A DNA stretch of 63,583 nucleotides, filler included, from Reticulomyxa filosa (taxonomy: Eukaryota; Protista; Foraminifera), in the NCBI GenBank assembly GCA_000512085.1. It is 11 parts of 11 records of this genome, joined end to end, with 100 filler letters (N's around TTAATTAATTAA, not from the genome) between each part and the next. Parts side by side here need not be neighbours in the genome. Positions count along the whole stretch, not along the records: positions 12,094 to 39,076 come from ASPP01038724.1; positions 39,177 to 40,700 come from ASPP01024878.1; 9 more parts are not named here. One strand, written 5' to 3'. Below the pieces are notes generated by a model. The model made no database searches and had not been told where the DNA came from. It saw only the letters and a program-made list of their open reading frames with translations. This document shows, piece after piece, positions 27,573 to 40,660 of the stretch. The position numbers were made by a program, and so were the translations under genes. The first letter of the stretch is position 1, and each line of letters begins with the position of its first letter.

Positions 27573-28401
27573 AAAAGGAAAATTCAACATTGTTCGCTAA
27601 CTCATTTATTGGTCAAAAACGTAAAAGTAAATTTTTTAAAAATAAATAAAAGAATTTTATTGAAATAACTTTTTATTTATAAGATATTTTTATTTTTATG
27701 ATTTGTATGTGACTTTTGTTCAAATTAAAAAAAAGATTATTTCATAGTCAGAAACAGTTGTCGTATTAGTTCCATTAAGAACTTATTGATACAACTAATG
27801 GATCAACAGTAGCAATGTTGTGTCTGGTGCTACAAAACATAATACTGTTGCAGATTAAGTCTTCAATAAGGCTATCCTTTCTGAGGTCTCACCAGCTTAT
27901 TTAACTTTATTTTTTAAAATCTTTTTCATTTTCAAAATCTTAAAAAAAAATAAAAAATTTCAAGCATTTAAATATACGATATTATTAGCATTATGATAAT
28001 GATAACGAAAAATCTTTGAAAATTTTAAGTGAAAAAATTGAATGTAATAAAGAAAAAGTATAAGTAAAAGAAATAAGATTTAGCAAAAATAAGTGCAATA
28101 TCACAAAGAAAAAAGCAAAACAAGACAAAAAACTGTGTTGTATCGTTAACAAAGTTTAATCAGGTGGGTGCGAACAATGTTCAATTTTACTTTTATGGCA
28201 AACTTTCAAGATATTTAAAATGAATTTTTTTTTATGTATAAGCTTTTTCGCGATCATTCGGATTTGACAAATCAAATTTAAGAAAAAAAAAAAGCAGAAT
28301 AAACAACACACTAAGCAAATTACAAAAAGACTAGCGTGTAAGTTTGCTTGAAAAGAAAACAACTGCACGAAAGTAAAGATTTCAAATCAACATGTTGATA
28401 A

Positions 28402-28884
28402 TCATTCTACACACCAAACTTCAACATTACGAATTTCAAAGTCACCGTTTGTATTGTCAACTAAGCGAGGGCAGCGCAATCCAGCACATTTAGTTGATGT
28501 GCCGTGATTTAGATGTTTGTCCAAATAAATGGCAGTACTAGTGCTTTTTGATTTGTATAATGTGTGACGCAATAATTGTCATCCAGTCTGTTGTAAGCAC
28601 AAGTATACATAACACTTGACGCAAAGAAAAACAAAGACATACCTATCTCCAATTGCCATGTAATCTTTATTGGCAAATATTACACTCATTTGATTTTCAA
28701 TATGTATTGATTTTGGTATTCCAGATCGCCTCTTTTTTTTAACATTTATATTTTTGTTCCATGCTTCCAGTTGTTTGTTGTCTTCCTCATTTTCATGAGT
28801 GCGCTTGCTATTTGGCACAGAAGCCGACAAATTATCAAATTTGTGGATGTCTGTGAAAGAATCATGATTGTGTTTGAAATACAT
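28402..28884 (-). pseudogene. TLDc-domain gene fragment; 5' part degraded or lying in the repeat
   Basis: IFANKDYMAIGD| then TAIYLDKHLNHGTSTKCAGLRCPRLVDNTNGDFEIRNVEVWCVE*, the typical TLDc C-terminus (LxLDxxLxxGxS..C...L...F.I..VEVW). Confidence 0.65.
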
Positions 28885-29493
28885 GTACGTCTTTCGTTCA
28901 TCTTTTTGCTGTTTTCAATTTAACTTATTAAGACGAAAATTCATGTGACAAAATATCACTTGTAATATTTATTGATTGTCAATTTGTGAAATAAATAATG
29001 ATCAATATTTTTTTTAAAAAAATTTTTTAAAGTATTTTGTAATGGAATGCCGTTATTTGTTGGAATAGATCTTTTTGTGGCTTCTTACTTAAATCTAACA
29101 CTTTACTCACTCACACAAGAGCTGGCACGCATTATAACCAGAATGGTGATAGTTCGTCGTTCAAAATGCATACACACAAGGTAGTCAAACACAATGACGT
29201 TGTGAGAACGTGTGCATTTTGACGCATTGTGTTTTTTTGGGGGTTTACCTGCTTGTTGTTTTTTTTTTAGAACCTGTTTTTTGTGTGAGTTTTTCGTTGT
29301 TGTAACGTAATTATTCAAAATTAATGTTTTGAACTTTTTACTTTACTATTTTTGATAAAACAATATATATTTCTCTAAATGTTTTTCGAAAAAAAACATT
29401 GAATCTTTTTTCAGTATAAATATTAACTGCAACTAGTGAGATGAAACAATTTTTGATTGTAAAAAAAATTAAATATCTTGAAAGTTTGCCACA
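28872..29493 (+). repeat. Direct repeat, copy 2 (~620 bp)
   Basis: Matches copy 1 with small indels and substitutions. Confidence 0.9.
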
Positions 29494-29809
29494 ACGAATT
29501 TAAACTATAATATAGCACAGTAAAAGAATAATACTGTTTAATGTTGGCATTGTAATACCGTAGAGGCCAAGTTCTCAGATACCCGACTTGAAACAGGTAA
29601 ACTTAAACGTTTTCTGAACGTTCACAGGGATGGCGAAATTATTTCTATTTTGTAATTATCCTTCATCATTATTTTTTGTTTTATGTGGAACTGATGTCTG
29701 GCCGATCTTATTTCACAGAGACTCAGTGGAGACAAGAACAAGAGAGAATTCCTCTTGTGAGGATTAGAGCAAGCCTACATTTGTTTGGTTATAGAGTAAA
29801 TATGTTGAC

Positions 29810-31401
29810 ATGATGAAAAGTAATTTTTTGTTTTGTGTGATTTACATTCAGGAAAGCATTCAAAATACATTACATGAATATCTTTTGGGGATGTTGGACC
29901 CCAGCATTAAAAATGTTCGCATCCATGAGTGTGTAGAAAAATTATTGAAAGTGAATAGCGAATGGTCGAAGCTTTGTGACGATCGTGCGGCAGTTACCTT
30001 ACTGTCAAAGGAAGAAGCAACATTTGAATATGTACTATTTGAACAATCGGTAAAAGGTATGAAATGTTTAGTGACCTTCCATGAAAAACTGCGAGCATTG
30101 ATTGAGAGCAAATCTCATCCCACTATCCCCACAACTCCTACTATCGCAACACCTCCTATCAATCATGCAACTTCAAAAGTTGATCTGAAACAATTGGCTT
30201 CTTTTTACAAGACAATTTACCCAAAGACGATTTCCAATGACCAAAGTGCTGATATCGATTACCTGCAATTCATTGGTTTGTTGTTGTTGTTGTTATATAT
30301 TTTGAAACTTTTTTTTTTAAAAAAAAAGGACTGAAAAAAAAAAAAAAAAAAAAAAAAGATATAAAGTATATTGAATTATTGATAAAAACGATTGAACTGC
30401 TGACAAAGAGCTTTGAGAGGTTGCCAGAAATAAGTGAGAATGAAATAGATCTATGTGACCAAGTGTTGAAAGAGTGGACGAAACTGGATGGCTGGTACTT
30501 ACGCCAAGTGCCCAATGGCAGTGTGTGGAAACAACACTTATTGCAAAGTATGTATCAATGGCTCATTCGATTTCTCAACAAAGTCCCGTGGTCGAATGTT
30601 GCCTCGAACATCAATGTGAAATGGAAATTTTGTGAGTCGATCAACAAAATCATTAACATACACTTGTCACCCAATTTGTTACTATCGCGAAATCCAATCG
30701 ATGTTTGGATTAAGGCAGACACTGAAAGAAATATCACTCGCGATGATGTGGTCCACGAGGGACACATTCATGGCAATCAAGACTCGACTCATCACCAATC
30801 CAACGATGGAGTGTTGTGGTGCACTTTTATGCAATTTATCGATGCGTATATCTATCAACTCGGATTTTGCACGGGTGTTAACATCATCCATCAACTCTTT
30901 GTGGAAGACATTACGTACATGGATTACATCATTCTTGTTTCCATCTCTTTTCGAGCTTTGCTTATTCAATACTTTTGCAAATGGCTGTGTCACAAAGGTA
31001 GATTGGGTGGTGCCCCCTCTTTTTCTATGCGCCGCTCCTCAATCACACGTGTTTGTGTCCTTGCACTTGCAATAGACACGCACGACGAAAAAATCGCATT
31101 ATTTGTCAGCAAGCAGGCAATCCAATGCGTTGGGTACAAACTGCATGAACTGAGTCATCAGACTCCAGAGTGGTACAGTCGAGAGGAAAGAGAAACGCTG
31201 TTCTGCTTTTTTTTACAAATTTTGGGAAATGTCATGTCAAGTCAACCATCCGCACAAGCAAACAATATCGTTGTACGCGACATTGTCCAAATATTGGTGT
31301 CTATTTTGTATCGTTGTGAATTGGGCAGTACTGTGAAAAATAAAAAATATGCTGCTTGGAATGTCCAATCGAGTCATTACAATACCAACGTCAATAATAA
31401 C

Positions 31402-31496
<95 letters not shown>

Positions 31497-34400
31497 TGAA
31501 AATGTAATGAATAAAGCATCACTAGTCACAAATGACACATTGGCCAATGTGAATGTTCAATCCTCTTTTCTCGCAGTCGAAAATAAAAACACAAAAAGCA
31601 AAAAGAAAAAAAAGAATAACAGTGTGTTATTGTTATCCAACGCATTTTCAAAACGAAGCATTGCGATTATTCAAAATGGTGAAATTTACCAACATGTGGA
31701 GTCTTTGTTCCTGTTGCCAACTTGGTTCAGTTGTTTTTTTTGTTGTATGCTATAAGACAAGAACAAAATGTAAAACAAACAAATAAACAGTCCTTTGATT
31801 CGAGAAAACGGACGATTAATGGAATTACTTGTTCGCATATTGTACAAATTTCGAGTTTGTAATATTTGGAATCGAATAGAAAATAGTCAGGACATGCTAT
31901 CACAATTGTCTGTATGTTTGTCATTGTTGTCGTTATCATGGCTGCCATATGCAGCCCGTTGCGGCAGCAACAGCCAAAGCATTACGACGCTTTCGACTAG
32001 TGGGACAGTGCACAGTGCACTGGCAAACTTGGGGTCGGAGGATGCGACGCATGCGTCGTTGCACCATCACAGCAATGTACTGATGATCGATTTGCTGGTG
32101 AGATGGGTGGACACCATTGTGCAGAAGCGATCGAATCGCATATCCTATTGTCAATTGGATCAATTGGCACAAGTGTTTAGTCATTTGTCATTGTTCCCTG
32201 ATGACAACGTGCGGATTCGAGTGGCCATGTCGATGAAAGAGATATTGCAAGACCTGTGTGTGAATCTCAAAGTATTTGATCACAGTCGCATTTTTTCCGT
32301 TTGGGCCGAAACAGCGTTGGCGAGAATATCCGACTCCAACGCCAAAGTTGTCAAAGTTTTTTTGAAAATTTTGGAGTTTAGTGGAATGGCAGTGGTGCAA
32401 AGAGAGCCCTTTTATCGATATGTCTCCACGCATCCAAGTTTAATTTTTTTGTTTTCTTCAAACTAACTTTGTTACAAAGTAACAAATAACAATAATAATA
32501 ATAATAATAATAATTCGCACTGCTTTGTTTTAAACTTAAACACATATCAATGCAACACAAAGATGGAGTAATTCCGTCGATGCGACAAATAATGATTCAG
32601 CCATTGTCAAACAAGTTCCAAAGTCGTGACTTTCCCGAGCTGTTGCAGTACTTTGTCTCCAACGTCGACACAAAAAAGAACTTGCAGTCGTTTGACATCT
32701 ATTCCGTGTCCAATTCGTGGGGATCGAAAAGCAAGCATTACGGCAATGTGCCGTCGGACGAAAAAGTGTTGCAAAAAAAGGCAGTGCAGTTCAAGAATGA
32801 GGAGTCAAAGGAGTACTTTGTGAATTTGTGCACCTATTGGTACGAGCAGATGGATGACAGTTCGTCTAGCACCAATGCTTTGCGAAAAAACTTTGGAAAC
32901 AAAAACGTCAGTTACAATAGCAGTCACAATGCAATTGTGTCGCAAAGTGTTCGCAATGACTGCATTACGTATCATTGGTTGGCACACAACATGGTGCAGT
33001 TTATGATCCAAAATAATTTGCAAACTCCTTTAGGAGACGCGGTTAAATCGCTACGAACATTGCAACAATATTTGAAAGGTTTTGATCCAATTTTTTTTTT
33101 TCCTCCCACGTAAATGATATGACAAACAAATGTGCTCAGCAAATATGTAAAATATAAACAATACCACAAATACAGCCAATCGTCCCAATAGTCATCGCTA
33201 CTGGCACTACATTCAGTTCTTAGACTTGATCGAAAAATACATGTTTGACATTTACAATGGAAGCACCAGTTTGCGGACGTATCATTGGATTTGTGCGCTG
33301 TCTCCACAAAGCAATGACAGCAACAATAACGTGGTAATGTTTTTTATCGGAAATCGCAAAATGTGTGAGCTGTTTTTCAATCGTGACTTGCGACCTTTGA
33401 TCGTCGAGCAGTGCAGTAAGCACTTGTTCTCACAAGCGCCGTTGATCTATCATGCCACCGAACACGTGCTGTACGTCTTTGCGCGGTTTCACAAGACGTG
33501 CTCGAATACGTCTGATGGCAATGACGTCACCGAAAAACACATTGCAGCATATGAGGCTTTGAATCAAGGCCTGTATCATCTGTGTCACGCTTTGTTGCTC
33601 TGCAAGGACTCCAATGCTTTGTGCGGCGTCAAAGACTGGTTTCTCAAAAAATTAACTCCAAAGTCGGACACGCTGGCCCAAATGAAATGGTTCGATCTAA
33701 CGTGGATTCAAGGCATGATTTGTCAGGCCAACGAACAATTGGACGATGCTATTGTTCATTACCAACAATTCATGAGCAATTGTAAAGCAAAAGAGCAATC
33801 CTCTTCCATTTACTCTGATTATTTGTTCCAAAAATGTGCACAACTGATGTATCAAGTTAATCCGACAAAGTATTCTTTTTTTTTTTTTTTTAACTTTTTT
33901 CAAAAATTTATTTTATTTTATTTTATTTTATTTTATTTAAAGTGCCATTTCGGATTAATGAATTGGGCAAAGTTAAACGAAATCCTAATGGATTTATCCG
34001 ATACATTTGAATTGCAATCCAAGTCGATGAATGAATCATTGAGACTGTTTGATAAATACGAACTCAAACAAGCAAATGATCTGCTTTCGCAATGGGAAAT
34101 TGACAGTACCATCAATCCAATCAAAGGCAACGTTGACATCAGCCAATGCGATAAGTTATATGACCTAACCAATAAATATCATTTGCAGTCCTTATTGTAT
34201 CTGCATGAATTGGAAGCATTGCACGACAACAAGAACAATCAAAAGGAAGTGTTGATTCAAAAATTACGCAATTCTATCAAACACACCAAAGTCATTTTGA
34301 AAGACCCTTTGAAAGTAGCTTCTCATGGATCTTTTCAGGTCAGTGCTATTCTTTGACACTTGTCTTTGTTTAGTGTTACAATTAGCGTCTTTGACATCCA

Positions 34401-36821
34401 AATAAACAAACCAATAAAAAAAAAGGATCATTTTCCATTGCTAATTCGATTACAATGCATGCGAGCAATTGAACTAAAAGATATGAACGTGTTGAATCCT
34501 TTGATTCATCAAGTCGACATCAATGAAGCCATGGTATTTAATGACCATTGTAATTTTGACAAATTTTCAGTGATCAACGGCTGTGATAACCACGGTATGC
34601 TTTGGGTATGGCGCACCATGCGAGGCTTATCAAGTTTGAAAAGCGTTGACAGCACCATGACCGATGAACAAAAGATTGCGTGTCGTAACTTTCATGACAG
34701 TTTGGTGAGATGGAATATCATACGTGGTAATTTCGAAATGGCCACGGGATTGCTTCCAAAGTCGATTATCGACTCCCCTGCGAGGTTGTTTTTACTACAT
34801 ATTTAAATGTTACCAGCAACAACAAAGAAAAATTCGATATCCTGTCCTCGTGGATTGGAGCCATCCATTTCCTGAACACTTCCATGGCCCAACATCCAGA
34901 CTGTGTCCGATATACCAATTACATGCACTTACATGTCGGAGAGTTATTGAAGTATTGGAGTCTAAAGGTATTCACGAAACATATAATGTGTGCAATTTTC
35001 TTTTGGTGACACATTTCGTTATCTTGTGTATGTGTAGTAAATGAAACACAACATCCAATAAAACTACATTACCTATAAAAAAAAAAGGAAAACAAAGGAT
35101 TGGAATTTTGGCAACAAGTATTGACGTTATTATCTGGAAATGCGATAGACGGTGTGAAGGAGTTTGAAAGTAAATTGAGCCTTTGTAGTAACGACGTAGA
35201 GAAGAAGTCAGATATCGAGGTGGTGCGCAGTAAAGCAATTGGTATTTGCTGGTTCGAAGCGGTGACAAAGTATAACTTGGGCAAAGGCAATTGGCTGCGA
35301 TTGGCAACATACAGCAGAGATTTGGCAGAAAAGCTGTGCTTTTCGACGTATATGGACCAAACATGTTCCATTGAAATGGCATTGAGTCATTTGTCAATGG
35401 AAAATCGCAAGGAAAATGAAGCGTCGAATGAAGAGAAAATCGCATCAATCGACTTGGATAAAAAAAAAATCGTTCGAATCAATGAAATTATGATCGACGT
35501 CATGAATGAAGTGTACTTCAAAAACAATTATCAGCCTTCGCAAAACCCAGAAACATTAGTATTTGGTGTGTGTGTATTTTTTTTAAAAATGTATTACAAA
35601 TATAATATAATTCAAGTTTGCAACATTATGACAAGAAGATATTTTGTTTTTTTTCTCCTCAAAGCAACACTAAGACGGCAATTAAATGATTACAACCTAA
35701 CGCCAATGCAATTGGAAAAACTCCACAGTATGCTGATGAATCGCATGCGACTAAAAACCCAATGCTTGAATGTTTGTGTGGAGAGCTATGGAAATATACT
35801 GTCACGTGGGTCGTACGACTCCTATCCATTGAAGGACCCGGGGACATTGGAAACGGACGTCGATGCCATGAGCATGTGTTTGGAATTGTTTACCATATTG
35901 TGTAATCATGGCAATGATTTGCAACAGTCCTTTGTTATCAATTCCATAGTGGAAAATACGCCTTCGAATGTGTGGTCGAAACTGACTCCGCAGTTGTTTT
36001 CACGATTGTCTCACAGCCATCCGTTTATTCGTCAATGCATCGAACAATTGGTTATGCGGGTCGCACATTTCCATCCCTCCGAAGTCATGTTCCCAGTGTT
36101 GTCTCGACTCTCTCAAAACACTTTGGTGACCAAAAATAAACGAAAGGCGAGGGATGGACATACCAATACCGTGGTGGATTCACATCAGGATCCGAACAAC
36201 AGTCATCACAACTCGTCTTTGCAAACAGCTTTGATAAGGACATTGAACAAATTGAAGGAAGACGTGAGATTGAGACATGTTCTGCACGAGGTCTTTGATA
36301 TGCTCCAAGAGCTATTGCGGATCTCTATTTTATGGGAGGATCAGTGGATACAATCTTTGAATGAAATCAAACACATGGTACCCTCGAGACTGAAGATTTT
36401 GGCTAACGAATTGGACTTGGTTAAAAAGCGAGGAGTGGGTAAGGATCACACCTGCGGCAATCTAATTAGCAGTGGCAAAGACTCGTACGTCATCGTCTCG
36501 CGACAACAAGAGAAGGAGCTTGAATTATTTAAGGAAAGGTATCACTTGGTGATGGCTCCAATTTTAGACATTTTCAATGTGTTGGAAAGAGAAACATTGT
36601 TCGTGAATGCAACCACTCCACATGAACGCTCGTTCCAGCATCGACATGGCAAAGACATTGGACATTTGCTAAAATGCGTTCGTAATCCCAGTTGGGAGGA
36701 GCTGTCTGCAAACAATATCTATCAACAATTTTGGGAAAATCATATTTTGCCAATGATCAATGATCTGTTATTCCAATTCCAATTTCCGAATTATTCTTAT
36801 CACTTTCAACCCAATGATAAC

Positions 36822-36853
<32 letters not shown>

Positions 36854-39027
36854 TAATAATAACAACACTCATGTCAATCCAAGTTTACACAAAAATCCTG
36901 AAAAAAAAGGAGGGCGCACGGTTGGAACAACCAATGCAGCGCAGCCACCAATGGTTGCAAGTGGTCATTGTATTTGGAGTTTGGCAGACATTAGTCCGAA
37001 ATTAGCGCAAATTCAGGGCTCCTCCATCTCCTTGCCCGGAATGGAACACTCGAGTGGGACCTTGATGATGTCCGCAGGGGTCAATTATTCTTATTCCGAT
37101 AGTATCCACAATGGCAACAACCTTAGCAAAACCACTCAAGAGTGGTTAGATGGAGCGGAAGAATCTGAGGACGTGATAAGATTATATTCCATTGCCAGTG
37201 CTGTCGAGGTCATCAAATCCAAAGTTATAACGTATACATTTCGTCTCCATGCACACACATATTGTTACTTTTTATTTATGATTCGACTTCATATGTCTGA
37301 ATATTATATACACATATAAATATACCTAACTTTAAAAAAAAAGACACGTCCCAAAAAAATGACGTTTCTTGGAGAAAATGGCAAGCAATTTCAATATCTA
37401 TTAAAATCCCGAGAGGACTTGAATTTGGATGAACGTGTTATGCAATTTTTACAAATAACGAATGGTTATTTGGAAAACCGTAAACGAACCGGAGGAATCC
37501 AATATCCGTTAACAGCCAAAAAATCCTCAAGCACGACCAAAGAAGAGCTACTCCCAGGATCGCACTTGTCACGAGCATTAGACGTTCGAACAAGGTGGTA
37601 TTCGGTGATTCCTTTGGATAAGAAAACGGGTTTAATTCGATTTGTGGATCATTGCACGCCATTATTTTCGATTTACAAGGCGTGGCAAGACAACTTTGGT
37701 CGTAATCTACAAGATATCGAGCAAATGTCGAAAAAAGAGAAAACCGAGTACAAAAAAAACAAAGGAACAGCAATGGATACATTTCGCTTGCTTGTGAACG
37801 AAGAATTGAAACAGGCCAATCCCTCGTGGAGCGTGGACACATTGCCACGCGATAAATGGCCATTCGAAATATTGATGAAAGTTTTTAACGAGTTGTCTTC
37901 CCGTGTTCCCAAGGATTTGTTGGCAAAAGAGTTGTGGTGTTCCAGTGCTCTCATTGAAGATTATATGCAAAAGTCAACCAGTACGTTTTTTTCAAATTCA
38001 AACAACACACACAAATATATATATGTATATATATTTATATATATTATATACATATATATATATATATATATGTCCATAACTAATGGTCCAAATGTCTGCT
38101 CACAGCCTTCAGTCGGTCCGTTGCCGTGTCGAGTGTTTTGGGATGGCTAATCGGCTTGGGAGACAGACACATCGGAAACATTCTATTAGATTTTCGCACC
38201 GGTGAAGTGATTCATATTGATTACAATGTGTGCTTTGAAAAAGGAATGAGTCTCCGAATTCCGGAGTTGGTTCCATTTCGATTGACTCGCACCATCCATG
38301 GCGCATTAGGATTAAATGGAATGACCAATACGTATGGACATTTTTATGCGACCGCAAGTCAAATGTTGATACTTTTGCAAGACCATTGGCGTGTATTTGT
38401 TCAATTGTTTTCCGCTTTTGTCTACGACCCGATATCGGAGTGGCTATCCACTGCTTCCGCAGACTATGTGCAAAGACAAATCTTGGATTTGACGATGAGT
38501 TTGGAATTAATTTATTCGCGATTGTCCGCGACGAGTATAGAAACACACAACCGAGTCGCTCACGCCACCAATGCCAGCAAGACAGCCACGACCAGGCCTA
38601 TCCAAAGTCCATCCATGACAAAACTGGTTGACAAAGCATGGGAAGTATTGTTTAAAATGGTTACCAAAGGTCTTGTTTTATTTTTAAGTTGTGTCTGTTT
38701 TTTCGGAACAAACCAATGTGTAACCTTTGTGTATGTGTACAACTAGTCCATCAATGGAGTAAGTATTCGCTCTATCCACAATCGTTGATTTTGTCGGCTC
38801 TCGAAAAAACCAAAAAGCGTATTTGTGGCGCCTTAAATGATCTGAGCTATGGTCGCTTGGAGTCCTTTGATACAATGTTAAGACAAACAAGTTACGGGTT
38901 TGTTCGACTCAAGACTGTGACCAATCGAATGCCGGCAAAATACGGCGGCTTAGTGCAAGAGCGAGCGGAAGAGGCTGATGTGACCTTGTCTAAATTAATG
39001 AATATTAATACTGACATTACTTCCAAA
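29810..39027 (+). CDS. SMG1: SMG1-like PI3K-related kinase: N-terminal HEAT/FAT region and kinase domain, multi-exon; cut at contig end; true start uncertain
   Basis: VWSKLTPQLFSRLSHSHPFIR, ELLRISILWEDQW, SK|TRPKKMTFLGENGKQFQYLLKSREDLNLDERVMQFL, DLLAKELW, GWLIGLGDRHIGNILLDFRTGEVIHIDYNVCFEKG..LRIPELVPFRLT, AFVYDPISEW. Confidence 0.88.
31393..31497 (+). repeat. (AAT)n microsatellite, ~35 Asn codons
   Basis: Visible in the sequence; a shorter run lies at ~36817-36866. Confidence 0.95.
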
Positions 39028-39036
39028 GTTTGGTGT

Positions 39037-39076
<40 letters not shown>

Positions 39077-39403
39077 NNNNNNNNNNNNNNNNNNNNNNNN
39101 NNNNNNNNNNNNNNNNNNNNTTAATTAATTAANNNNNNNNNNNNNNNNNNNNNNNNNNNNNNNNNNNNNNNNNNNNTATATATATATATAGGTCGTACCA
39201 TGTTGTGGGTCGTTGTGCAACTTGTGCGACGGAGGGGGTTCTCTTCGAATTGTTCGATTGTCTTTAATAGGTTCAACAAGATATGGATTTGTGATGCGAT
39301 TTGCTACAGGCTCCGCTTCTTTTGTTTTTTCCGATAGCAGCACATTTCTTTGGCTATGTACCTTTTCGGCATTTCTTTTTTGTGGATTTTCATCACACAT
39401 TAC

Positions 39404-40470
39404 TCACATCTCCAAACATTCCTTTTTTTTTTTTTTTTTTTTTTCCCCAAAGAAAAACAAATACACGAAACTGGACGCGAGGTATGTTGACAATATCATT
39501 TCTATCGGATACCATTTGGGCTTGGTCGACGCGCGCGGTAGATGAAACAAATCGTTTGTTCGGAGTTGGGATCGGTTCGGACACTTGCGCAGTGAGCAGC
39601 AAGTGCGAGTAGGGATGCCCAGCGGATATGGGTGTTGTGGATGATAGATGGCGTGTGGTTGAGATTGCGCCGTTTGCAAGGCGAGAAGAGGGAGAGTCTT
39701 GGGAGAGATAGAATTACTGGGCGTGGGGGATTGCTCGCTGCCATTACTCGTTGTACTTTTCGCCATTTCCAATTGTGGCTGAGGTCGAGGACGATAAGAA
39801 AATCGTTTGCCAACGGGTTGCAAGGTATTATTATTTGGATTATTGTTTTCATTATTATTACTATTGTTGTTATTTTGTCGAAGTGAAATTGGTTTGGACG
39901 TTTTGTCTTTTGTCAATGTGGACTGATTGCCGCCATTATTGCCATTGAACTTGTTACTCTTTGCATTTGTGTTATTTCCTTCACTTCGGCTGATATAATT
40001 TAGACTTTCACTGCCATTGCCATCTCTGTCCTCGTTCTCTTCGTTGTCACCGCTATTGCCGTTTCCATTATTGTCTGCGTTGTTATTATCATCATCATCA
40101 TCATCGTCATCATTATCGTCATCATTATCATCATCATCATCATCATCATTTCCATCATCTTCTTTTTTTTTTACATCCTCGCTCTCATCTCCGCTGTCCA
40201 CTCGATTGGAACGATTTGTTGTCGGCCGTTGGTTGCTCGGACCGGTAAGAGGCGCAAAAGATCCTATTCCATTCCTCCAAGTCTCACTGTCTAGTATTCG
40301 TGCTTGCGGATTGACATTGGTCTCAATATCACTATACTCGCTCTTGTTTTCATCCATGCTTTCGGTATCATTTGGACTTGTCACCGAAATGGCTGGATGG
40401 TTCTGTACAGTCAGTGCAATTAGCCGAGTGCCTGTGTTTTTGTTATTGCTATTACTGTTACTATTGTTAC

Positions 40471-40501
<31 letters not shown>

Positions 40502-40660
40502 GTTGCTGGTATTGATATTGTTGTGATTGTTGTTAGCATTGACATTGTTTCTTGTTTTGGCAATTCGATTAGTGTGCTCATCATCACTGAACATCCCCCC
40601 ATCTGCCAACGTGGTCACCGTATTTGTCAATAGCACGCCAGATCTGTTTTTCTCGGGCCC
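39404..40660 (-). CDS. Internal exon of an Asn/Asp-rich low-complexity protein
   Basis: 410-codon ORF with poly-N and poly-D tracts; gene truncated by gaps on both sides. Confidence 0.6.

Noticed and set aside
40017-40526. Poly-Ser/Leu/Ile/Tyr ORFs (also 15250..15504, 14648..14839)
   Set aside because: Antisense or alternate-frame shadows of poly-Asn/Asp/Glu coding microsatellites.
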